Shown piece by piece: positions 55,390-64,000 of a stretch of 64,000 nucleotides of DNA. The DNA is from a virus. The notes below the pieces were generated by a model. That model searched no databases. It saw nothing but the letters and a program-made list of their open reading frames with translations, and was not told the DNA's origin. The stretch is from positions 1 to 64,000 of IMG/VR virus record IMGVR_UViG_3300032093_000042; one strand, given 5' to 3'. The position numbers and the translations under genes are program-made. Numbering within the stretch: position 1 is the stretch's first letter; every line of letters begins with the position of its first letter.

Positions 55390-55713
55390 ATGGCAACCTC
55401 ACCTGATAGTAAAAAAATTAATCGTGAATCATTAAATCAAAGTCTATCCGACAGATACATTAGTGGTCAATCCGCAGGCGGCGCATATCAGCCAGTACAA
55501 AAAAACGTTAAGACAGTTGGGTCCAATGAAATTTCGTTAGGCGGTAGTACTTTTGATACAAACTATACTGTAACCAAGGGTTTTAAAATTAAACAAGGTA
55601 CACAACAAACCGAGTTTAAAGACGCTGTTGATGGTCAACGATCATTACAACAGTCAATATATTTAAAAGGTTTTAATAATAAGAAATATACTAACGGATC
55701 TTTTGGTCGTTAA
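55390..55713 (+). CDS. hypothetical protein
   Basis: ORF track. Confidence 0.6.
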   Translation: MATSPDSKKINRESLNQSLSDRYISGQSAGGAYQPVQKNVKTVGSNEISLGGSTFDTNYTVTKGFKIKQGTQQTEFKDAVDGQRSLQQSIYLKGFNNKKYTNGSFGR

Positions 55714-55725
55714 TATATATTCTAA

Positions 55726-56235
55726 ATGGTTATATTAGGATTAGATTCATCGACATCAGTAACAGGTTGGGCTTTCAGTGAAAACGGAAAGATACTGGAT
55801 GCTGGCTTTATTGACACAAAAAAATTTGATACGACTAAAGAAAAAACATTTCATGTAATTTCAGAGTTGGAATCAAACAAATATTGTAAATTATTTGAAC
55901 AAATTAACTTGGAAGCTGCTCTAAGCGGGTTCGCCGGCGGTTTTACTAGTCAACAAACGATTATTACACTCGCAAGACACAACGCGGTCTTTGCATACAT
56001 AATAGAAGAACACTTTAAAAAGAAAGTAAACCTATTGAGCGTAAATACAATGCGTAAGCAAATATTTGGTAAATGTAGAATCAAAGGAATAAAGTCCAAA
56101 GACTTTGTTAAGCAAGAGTTGGAATCGTTGATACCAGACGTTGTTAACTTTACGGTTAAGAATAAAAAAGGTAATTGGGATGAACGCAACTGTGATATGT
56201 ATGACGCTATCGTAGCCGGCTTATATAAAAATTAA
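55726..56235 (+). CDS. RuvC-like Holliday junction resolvase
   Basis: ILGLDSSTSVTGW, INLE, DMYDAIVAG. Confidence 0.85.
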   Translation: MVILGLDSSTSVTGWAFSENGKILDAGFIDTKKFDTTKEKTFHVISELESNKYCKLFEQINLEAALSGFAGGFTSQQTIITLARHNAVFAYIIEEHFKKKVNLLSVNTMRKQIFGKCRIKGIKSKDFVKQELESLIPDVVNFTVKNKKGNWDERNCDMYDAIVAGLYKN

Positions 56236-56276
56236 AGTGCTTGATTAAATTTAAATGTTTTGATATACTATAGTAA

Positions 56277-57194
56277 ATGACTAATGGTTCTGTTATAGAA
56301 ACGCTTTCAAAACTGTTTAAGCAAAAGCCTCATATACAAAAAGGTGGAGATGAAATATTAGTTTTTTGTCCGAATTGTAAACATCACAAAAGAAAATTAA
56401 ATATCAACACCACAACCGGTTATTATCAGTGTTGGGTATGTGGCTTTAGTGGTAAAAGTTTTACGTCTTTGTTGAAGAAAGTAAAAGCGCCTGCTGAATT
56501 TTATAAGGTATTGTGTAAGGACAAAGTTAAGATAACTTATACAATTGAAGAAGATAAAAAAGATCTCGTTTTACCTGAAGAATTTAAACCTTTGTGTAAA
56601 CCCAATAAAGACTTTGCTTATAAACACGCTTTAAACTATTGTTTACAACGTAATCTTACAATTCATGAAATTGTTAGATACAACATTGGATACTGTTCCG
56701 AAGGCAATTTTGCTAATAGGGTAATTATTCCATCATATGACAAAGACGGAAAGTTAAACTTTTATTGTGGTAGAGATTTTTGTGGCGGCAAACTCAAATA
56801 CAGACTGTGTGATGGTAGTAAAGATATAATTGGCTTTGAATTATTTACAGACTTTAATCAACCTCTCACAATCGTAGAAGGACCGTTTGATGCTTTGTCG
56901 GTTAAATACAACGTCGTACCTTTATTTGGTAAAACTCTATCAAGAAAATTAAAAATAAAATTGATGGTGAATAAACCACCTAGAGTAAATGTTCTTTTGG
57001 ATAACGATGCTTTATCTTCAAGTATCAAAATCTGTGAGTTTTTAGTAAGTAACAATATAGAAACACACTTGGTATTGTTGGATGGCAAAGATCCAAATGA
57101 AATAGGTCACAAAAAAACTTGGCAAACCATCAGTAACAGTGTTAGAATGGATGAAAGTCTATTGTACCGATATAAGTTAACAAATAAATTATGA
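56277..57194 (+). CDS. DNA primase (Zn finger + TOPRIM)
   Basis: CPNC..CWVC, RVIIPSYD, IVEGPFDAL, LLDNDA, KDPNE. Confidence 0.9.
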   Translation: MTNGSVIETLSKLFKQKPHIQKGGDEILVFCPNCKHHKRKLNINTTTGYYQCWVCGFSGKSFTSLLKKVKAPAEFYKVLCKDKVKITYTIEEDKKDLVLPEEFKPLCKPNKDFAYKHALNYCLQRNLTIHEIVRYNIGYCSEGNFANRVIIPSYDKDGKLNFYCGRDFCGGKLKYRLCDGSKDIIGFELFTDFNQPLTIVEGPFDALSVKYNVVPLFGKTLSRKLKIKLMVNKPPRVNVLLDNDALSSSIKICEFLVSNNIETHLVLLDGKDPNEIGHKKTWQTISNSVRMDESLLYRYKLTNKL

Positions 57195-60100
57195 TTGTAT
57201 TAAAAAATACAGATGAAAAAATCAATTGCATAGTGCACATTGCAGATATTCATATTCGTCTTACACAAAGACACGATGAATATAAGTCGGTTTTTCAAAA
57301 GTTTTATGCAGCCCTTGATAAAGCAAAAACACTAAATGCATTGTTAGTAATTGCAGGTGACATTTTTCATAATAAATCCGATCTAAGTCCGGAGTGTGTG
57401 AAAATTGGAAGTGAATTTTTAAAGAACTGTGCAGATCGTCTTCCTACAATTCTCATAGCTGGAAATCATGATGCTACATTAGCTAATAAATCTAGATTAG
57501 ATTGTTTAACTCCAATCGTAGACAGTTTAAATCATTCAAATCTTTATTACTTAAAAGCTAGTGATGTATTTAGATATGAAAACATCTTATTTAATAATTT
57601 CAGTGTATTTGATAGTCCTGAAAAATACGTAAAATTAGACGATGTACCCGCAAAGTATCTGGTTGGTACGGATCATCATATTGCACTATTTCACGGCCCA
57701 GTAAATAATGCAATTACTGATATTGGATATACCGTGAGCAATCGTGCAATCACAAACGAACTGTTTGATGGACATCATATTGCAATGTTGGGTGATATTC
57801 ATAAACATCAAGTTCTACAAGAATATGATGAAAAGGAAAATAAACCAGTCATTGCATATGCATCAAGCATGATTCAACAAAATCATGGTGAAGAACTTAG
57901 AGGACATGGATTTTTGATGTGGGACTTAAAACGTAAAGTATTTAAACACTACGAGTTATCTAATGACTATGGGTTTTATACAGTTGAAATTAACAAAGGC
58001 AAACTAGTAACGGATATTTCATCAATTCCAAAGAAGGTTACATTAAGAGTAATCTGTAGGGAATCTATACCCTCACAGGTAAAGGAAATCGTAAGTGAAA
58101 TTAAAGAAAAATGTACTTTAGTTGAAACTACTTATGTTCGTGGCGATGAACTTTCTAATGATTTGACTTTAAAGTCTGGTCAGATATTTGACATACACAA
58201 CATTTTTAATGTAGATTATCAAAATAAACTTATTGAAGATAATCTCTTAACTAAGAACATAGATAAAGATATCATAGAGAAGGTTAAAGAGTTAAATAAA
58301 TCTCTAAACAAAGAGATATCTAAAGATAAGACACCAAAGAACATTCGATGGAAGCCAAAGATGTTTGAGTTTGATAACATGTTTAGTTATGGTGAGGGTA
58401 ACATAATTGATTTCACAAAACTAAAAGGCACTATCGGATTATTTGCACCAAATGCAAGTGGTAAATCAAGCATCATGGATGCACTTGCATTTTGTGTATT
58501 TGATAAGTTTAGTAAAGGGTTCAAAGCATCACATGTTTTAAATACTCAAAAGATGAGCTTTCGTTGTAAATTTAATTTTGAGGTCAACGGTGTTGATTAC
58601 TTTATTGAACGTGATGGTAAATCCGATAAAAAAGGAAATGTTAAAGTTGAGGTTAAGTTCTATAAAATAGAAAACGGTAATGAAGTACCATTAAACGGAG
58701 AAGCTCGGCGAAGTACAAATGATATAATCAGAGATTACGTAGGCACGTATGAAGATTTTATTTTAACGGTTCTTAGTATACAAAATAGTAAGGCCGGATC
58801 TTTTATCGATCTGGGTCAAACTGAACGTAAAGATTTGTTGTGCCAATTTATGGGATTAACTGTATTTGATCAATTGTATAATTTGGCAAATGATAAGTTT
58901 AAAGAAACAAATACACTTTTAAAGAATGTAAGCAAAGAACAGTTACTACAAGAATTACAAAATGTATCCAGTAGTATTGATAGTAATAATACAAGTATTA
59001 CACAATACAATTTAGAAGTAAAAGACTTAGAATCTAAAAAAGATGATCATAATAACAAGTTATTAGAACTATCAAATAATGTTATTAAGACATCTTCGTT
59101 TGATATTGACATTACTAAACTAGAATCCGAAAAGAAATCTTTAGAATCTAATATCAATAGATTTGAAAAAGATATCAATGATAAAAAGACCAAGTTTTCA
59201 TCTATTGAAACTGAGTTATATAGTTTATCTTCTTCATTAAAAAGTTGTGAAAATATAGAAACCGATTATGATCAATATAAAATTTATAAAGATGAAGAAT
59301 CAAAAAAATCTTCAGAAATTGATAAGCTTAAAGTAGTAGTTAAAAATAAAATTGATAAACTTAAAAAATTAGAAGAACACAAATATGATCCTAATTGTAC
59401 GTATTGTATAAATAACGTTTTTGTGAAAGATGCTATCAAGACTAAAGAAGAACTGGAACATGATAAAAACAAAGGAAAATTATTGGTAGAAGAATATAAT
59501 GTTATTAAATCTAAGTTAGATTTTTTTGGTGACATTGAATCTCGTTACAAAGAATGTCAACGTGTAAATTCTGAAAAGGTTAGATTAGAAAAATCCAAAG
59601 AGATTTTGTCTACAGCAATACTACGTGATGAAAATTTTAAAATCAGATTACAAAACGATTTGAGTAATGTAATTCATAATATTGAAAATTTTTATAAAAA
59701 TAAAGATATTATTGAAAATAACATCAAGTTAATAACAGAAATTGATGTTGTAAAATCTTCTATCAAAGATTATGAATCTCAGATTAAATCATTGAATAAT
59801 AAATTGTTTAATATTTCTACGGAAAAAGGAAGACTTGAGTTGCAGTATAAAAATACTACCGATCAACTTAGCAAAGTTAAAGAGCTTGAAGATTCGTATG
59901 AGTCTTATAAACTATATACCAATGTTATAAGTCGGGATGGAATTCCGTATGAAATTATTACCAAGACTTTGCCTGAAATTGAAAAAGAAGTTAATAATAT
60001 TCTTCAACAGTTAGTTGAGTTTACAGTAACTATGCAAACAGATGGTAAGAATATTATGACTAATATAGTTTATGACGATAAACGTTGGCCACTTGAAATG

Positions 60101-60376
60101 GCAAGTGGCATGGAGAAGTTTGTAAGTGGATTAGCAATTAGAGTTGCTTTAATTAATATTAGTAATTTGCCTAGACCAAATATTATTTGTATAGACGAAG
60201 GATTTGGATGTGCTGACAGTGATCATTTGGGTCAAATGGGCGTGTTGTTTAATTATTTAAAACATCAATTTGAGTTCATATGGATAATCAGCCATTTGGA
60301 CCAAATGCGTGATATGGTGGATACCAGAGTGGAAATAAAAAAAGAAGGAGGATATAGTAAAGTAGTATGTATTTAA
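57191..60376 (+). CDS. fused SbcD/Mre11 nuclease - SbcC/Rad50 ATPase (gp47-gp46-like)
   Basis: HIADIH, GDIFH, GNHD, LGDIH; APNASGKSS, CTYC zinc hook, ASGMEKF, IDEGFG, IISH. Confidence 0.92.
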   Translation: MIVLKNTDEKINCIVHIADIHIRLTQRHDEYKSVFQKFYAALDKAKTLNALLVIAGDIFHNKSDLSPECVKIGSEFLKNCADRLPTILIAGNHDATLANKSRLDCLTPIVDSLNHSNLYYLKASDVFRYENILFNNFSVFDSPEKYVKLDDVPAKYLVGTDHHIALFHGPVNNAITDIGYTVSNRAITNELFDGHHIAMLGDIHKHQVLQEYDEKENKPVIAYASSMIQQNHGEELRGHGFLMWDLKRKVFKHYELSNDYGFYTVEINKGKLVTDISSIPKKVTLRVICRESIPSQVKEIVSEIKEKCTLVETTYVRGDELSNDLTLKSGQIFDIHNIFNVDYQNKLIEDNLLTKNIDKDIIEKVKELNKSLNKEISKDKTPKNIRWKPKMFEFDNMFSYGEGNIIDFTKLKGTIGLFAPNASGKSSIMDALAFCVFDKFSKGFKASHVLNTQKMSFRCKFNFEVNGVDYFIERDGKSDKKGNVKVEVKFYKIENGNEVPLNGEARRSTNDIIRDYVGTYEDFILTVLSIQNSKAGSFIDLGQTERKDLLCQFMGLTVFDQLYNLANDKFKETNTLLKNVSKEQLLQELQNVSSSIDSNNTSITQYNLEVKDLESKKDDHNNKLLELSNNVIKTSSFDIDITKLESEKKSLESNINRFEKDINDKKTKFSSIETELYSLSSSLKSCENIETDYDQYKIYKDEESKKSSEIDKLKVVVKNKIDKLKKLEEHKYDPNCTYCINNVFVKDAIKTKEELEHDKNKGKLLVEEYNVIKSKLDFFGDIESRYKECQRVNSEKVRLEKSKEILSTAILRDENFKIRLQNDLSNVIHNIENFYKNKDIIENNIKLITEIDVVKSSIKDYESQIKSLNNKLFNISTEKGRLELQYKNTTDQLSKVKELEDSYESYKLYTNVISRDGIPYEIITKTLPEIEKEVNNILQQLVEFTVTMQTDGKNIMTNIVYDDKRWPLEMASGMEKFVSGLAIRVALINISNLPRPNIICIDEGFGCADSDHLGQMGVLFNYLKHQFEFIWIISHLDQMRDMVDTRVEIKKEGGYSKVVCI

Positions 60377-60380
60377 TATT

Positions 60381-63020
60381 ATGAAAATTTTGTTTATAAC
60401 ACCTCACTTATCTACCGGAGGAGCTCCTCAATACCTTTTAAAAAAAATATTAGAATTGATAAATAACCACGAAATTTATTGTATTGAATATTCAAATATT
60501 ACAGGAGGAGTTTTGGTTGTTCAAAGATCACAGATAGAACAATTATTGGGTAATAAACTTATAACTCTGACGGATAATAAAACCGAATTGATCGATCATA
60601 TAAAAAATATAAATCCGGATATAATTCATTTAGAAGAATTGCCCGAATATTTTTGTGACCGAGAAATATCCAAAAAAATATATACCAATGAACGATCATA
60701 TAAGATCATAGAAACCTCACACGACAGTAGTTTTAATATTTCACAAAAACAATTTTTTCCTGATAGTTTCGTTTTTGTTAGTGAGTATCAAAAAAACATG
60801 TTTTCACCGTTATCTATACCATCTTACGTGGTAGAGTATCCTATATCATATAAAGTAAAAACTGATCGTAATAAATCACTTTTAAATCTCGGATTGGATC
60901 CTAATAAAAAACATTTTCTGAATGTTGGGTTGTTTACTTCTAGAAAAAATCAGTCTGAAATTATTGATTATGCCAGAAAATTATTAGATAAAAACGTACA
61001 ATTTCATTTTGTCGGTAACCAAGCGGATAATTTTAAAAGCTATTGGGAACCTTTAATGAAAAGTTTTCCTGCAAATTGTAAATGGTGGGGAGAAAGACGA
61101 GACGTTGATACGTTTTACAACGCTATGGATGTTTTTATTTTTACTTCAAGAGGACACGCTAACGATAAAGAAACAAGTCCTTTAGTTTTAAGAGAAGCAA
61201 TTGGTTGGAATATGCCTATATTGATGTATAATCTACCTGTATACTGTGGGATGTACAATAAATATAAAAATATTACGTGGTTAACTAATGATTTGGAAGA
61301 TAATCTATTTTTAATAAAAAATTTCATATCTGATACCGTTATCAATGAGTCTACCGACCCCAAAACAACATTAGATACATCTGTTAAAATTAATAATTTA
61401 TTCAACGTTAAGTTTGAAAATTCAAATAAAATTGTTTTTGAATATTTAAGCGATAAAAATATAGAATGTCACGTTGTTATAAAAGATGTTGATTCAAATA
61501 TTCCTATCTATAATTTTAAGAATATTTTTTATAAAAATTCGACATTTTGGACCATTCCTATTCCAACACACGTGTTTGATTTTGAAAAAGAAGATACGTT
61601 TCGTGGATTTTTAATAGAAATATATGATCTAAATAAAAAAATAATAACGTCTACGGAATTGTATATTGATAAAAATAGAAAGAATGATAAATTTAAATTT
61701 AATATAATAAATCCTTTTGATTTGTTATTTCACAACTATCTAGAAATGTTTGTGAAAAAAAATTATGATTGTTATGGTATAGATAATTTATCTACAGTTA
61801 TAGATATAGGTGCAAACTCAGGATTATTTTCTAAACTGTGTTTTGATAAAAACGCAAAACAAATTTTTGCTATAGAGCCAAACATAAATTGTTTATCAAA
61901 CTTACGTAGTATTTTTAACGACGAAAACAGAATTACAATTATTAATAAAGCTATCTCTGACTTTGTGGGGACGGTTGATTTGTATACAAACGATGATTGT
62001 ACTACGTTAAGTTCTTTATATAAAGAACACGCTAATACTAATACTTGTACTCAAACCGTAGATTGTACTACTTTGGAAAAAATAGTTAATGATTATAACA
62101 TTAAACAAATATCTCTGCTTAAACTAGACGTAGAAGGAGCCGAGTATTCTATATTAGAAAATCTAAACAAAAATATTTATGATATCACCGATTCAATTTT
62201 ATTGGAATATCATGACAATAAAGACAAACGTGTTAAAAAGCTAGTGGAAATATTAGAATCACATGGATTTAGTATTTTACAAGTTAGAAATCACAGTAAA
62301 AATAACGAAGATATAATTGACAATTATCTAAATATAGATAATGCAACTATATATGCAAAAAAAGAAAATAAAAAAGAGTTACTAGTTACTGATATAGAAT
62401 TCCTTAAAAAAGAAATTGCTAATATAAAAGGAATTTGCCATGTAGGATCTCACGTAGGAGCTGAAGTTAAAGAATATGTTAAAAATGATGTAGATACAAT
62501 GGTTTGGGTCGAAGCCAATTATTTAATATTAAATAAATTAATTAATAATACGGCTAAGTTTGGTAAAAAACAATATTGGTTACCGTTTACTCTTTATAAT
62601 AAAGATGATATAATTAAAAATTTTAATATATCAAATAACGAAGAAAGTTCTTCCGTTTTAGAGTTAGGAGAAGAACATAAAAAACAATATCCACACATTC
62701 ACTATAATAATAAAATATCGGTATTGACAAAAAGATTTGATACATATGTCAATAGTCAGACTGATTTTAATTGGAATGATATTAATATGTTAGTAGTAGA
62801 TTGTCAAGGATCAGATTTACAGGTTTTAGAAGGATTCGGAGATTTACTACACTCACCTTCGTTAAAGATAATAAAAACAGAAGTAAACATAGGTAATATG
62901 TATGAAGGAAATGCTTCGGAAGAAGATATAGTTAAATATTTGTCAAACTTTAATTTTATTAAAAAGTATTGGTTTTACACATATCATCAGTGGGGCGATA
63001 TTGTTTTTGTTAAAAATTAA
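60381..63020 (+). CDS. GT4 glycosyltransferase fused to two FkbM methyltransferase domains
   Basis: PHLSTGGAPQ, NVGLFTSRKNQ, ETSPLVLREA; DIGANSG..LKLDVEGAE; HVGSHVG..DCQGSDL. Confidence 0.88.
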   Translation: MKILFITPHLSTGGAPQYLLKKILELINNHEIYCIEYSNITGGVLVVQRSQIEQLLGNKLITLTDNKTELIDHIKNINPDIIHLEELPEYFCDREISKKIYTNERSYKIIETSHDSSFNISQKQFFPDSFVFVSEYQKNMFSPLSIPSYVVEYPISYKVKTDRNKSLLNLGLDPNKKHFLNVGLFTSRKNQSEIIDYARKLLDKNVQFHFVGNQADNFKSYWEPLMKSFPANCKWWGERRDVDTFYNAMDVFIFTSRGHANDKETSPLVLREAIGWNMPILMYNLPVYCGMYNKYKNITWLTNDLEDNLFLIKNFISDTVINESTDPKTTLDTSVKINNLFNVKFENSNKIVFEYLSDKNIECHVVIKDVDSNIPIYNFKNIFYKNSTFWTIPIPTHVFDFEKEDTFRGFLIEIYDLNKKIITSTELYIDKNRKNDKFKFNIINPFDLLFHNYLEMFVKKNYDCYGIDNLSTVIDIGANSGLFSKLCFDKNAKQIFAIEPNINCLSNLRSIFNDENRITIINKAISDFVGTVDLYTNDDCTTLSSLYKEHANTNTCTQTVDCTTLEKIVNDYNIKQISLLKLDVEGAEYSILENLNKNIYDITDSILLEYHDNKDKRVKKLVEILESHGFSILQVRNHSKNNEDIIDNYLNIDNATIYAKKENKKELLVTDIEFLKKEIANIKGICHVGSHVGAEVKEYVKNDVDTMVWVEANYLILNKLINNTAKFGKKQYWLPFTLYNKDDIIKNFNISNNEESSSVLELGEEHKKQYPHIHYNNKISVLTKRFDTYVNSQTDFNWNDINMLVVDCQGSDLQVLEGFGDLLHSPSLKIIKTEVNIGNMYEGNASEEDIVKYLSNFNFIKKYWFYTYHQWGDIVFVKN

Positions 63021-63024
63021 TCAT

Positions 63025-64000
63025 ATGAAATTAAGCGTAATAATACCGTGTTATAAATTTGAAGAGTACATAGAGGAATGTGTAAATTCTGTACTTAATC
63101 AACAAGTTGATTTTGAATATGAAATAATAGTTAGGGATGATGGTTCTAATGATAACACTTACAATATTATTCATAGTAAATTTTCTCATTTAAAAAATTT
63201 GAAATTGTTGGATAACAGTGTTAATTACGGCGTTTCTCACAATCCAATCATTCTTAATAAAGAATGTAAAGGCGAATACGTATTTTATATAGATGGAGAC
63301 GATTATCTTACAGATATAAATTATTTTCAAAGAGCCGTTAGTTTTTTAGACAATAATAAACAATATGTAGTCTATTCTTCTGGATGTAAGTATAAACAAA
63401 ATGATAAAATATTTCCAGAAACACACTGGGTTTGTAGTTCTTTAAAGATTGTTAAATTGAAAGATCTGCTTATAACAAATTATATTTGTTTTGGTAGAGT
63501 GTATAGAAGATTAGAAATAAATACAATGGATAAATTTTTGAATTATCCATATCCCGATTGGATTTTTAATTTTGAACTTTTAAAAAACGGCGATGGTTAT
63601 TGTGATAATGATAAATGTGTTGGAATTTATAGGTTTAGAGAGTCGTGTGTATTTAGTACTAAAACCGATGAGGAAAAAAATGTTAATAATGAAATAATAA
63701 AAAGAGAATTAGAACGTAGATATGTACATCATGTAAATAAAACTATTACTATAATTGATAGTTTTGTTCATAACGATGCTATCAAAAATAAACTAAGTAA
63801 TACTTTAAATTGGATGAAAGAAGATGGACACGAAGTACTCTTAGTTTCTAATACTCTTATAGACATAAACATTATAAACGGAGTTAAATATTATTTATAT
63901 GATAGTAATAATAACCTGTTTAGTGATACCTATACTAATTTACCGTATTTAGATACTTGGAAATTAATTGGTAATATGGAATGTCACGATATATCTTATA
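63025..64000 (+). CDS. GT2 glycosyltransferase (3' truncated)
   Basis: MKLSVIIPCYKFEEYIEECVNSVLNQ...RDDGSND...YIDGDDY; open to the window end. Confidence 0.88.
   Translation, partial: MKLSVIIPCYKFEEYIEECVNSVLNQQVDFEYEIIVRDDGSNDNTYNIIHSKFSHLKNLKLLDNSVNYGVSHNPIILNKECKGEYVFYIDGDDYLTDINYFQRAVSFLDNNKQYVVYSSGCKYKQNDKIFPETHWVCSSLKIVKLKDLLITNYICFGRVYRRLEINTMDKFLNYPYPDWIFNFELLKNGDGYCDNDKCVGIYRFRESCVFSTKTDEEKNVNNEIIKRELERRYVHHVNKTITIIDSFVHNDAIKNKLSNTLNWMKEDGHEVLLVSNTLIDINIINGVKYYLYDSNNNLFSDTYTNLPYLDTWKLIGNMECHDISY

Noticed and set aside
360-61405. Most minus-strand ORFs in the track (e.g. 801-1322, 3315-3974, 13518-14321)
   Set aside because: Antisense shadows of + strand genes that have promoters and motifs; only 28699-28977 is credible

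Overview
A 64-kb piece of a large, AT-rich myovirus-like (jumbo) phage genome; almost everything is on the + strand and the standard genetic code fits. A Verrucomicrobiota host is a tentative inference. Layout: (1) 1-14.3 kb is an early/host-takeover-type region of small genes, most behind their own sigma70-like promoter (TTGAC-16 nt-TANNNT-atttccacg-ATG, near-leaderless), with a block of structured and tRNA-like ncRNAs at 6.9-8.8 kb. (2) 14.9-28 kb holds two tRNA arrays (about 29 tRNAs plus pseudo and tRNA-like RNAs), two HDV-like (theta-type) ribozymes, two HNH nucleases, a tmRNA and accessory genes. (3) 29-55.7 kb carries PhoH, tail-fibre-like proteins, Hsp20, a late sigma-like factor and baseplate/tail genes. 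(4) 55.7-64 kb carries RuvC, primase, a fused SbcD-SbcC and glycosyl/methyltransferases. Main finding: each tRNA array is preceded by a short leader ORF (missed by the ORF track) with overlapping antiterminator and terminator hairpins, and each leader's codons match the amino acids served by its own array. Leader 1 core THIDNKRWYTFTRNCEC matches array 1 (T,H,I,D,N,K,R,W,Y,F,C,E). Leader 2 core SLSQPSQASQLPLGS matches array 2 (S,L,Q,P,A,G,V). This points to ribosome-mediated attenuators that switch on phage tRNA supply when any of those tRNAs becomes limiting. All RNA structures were read by eye; no searches were run.
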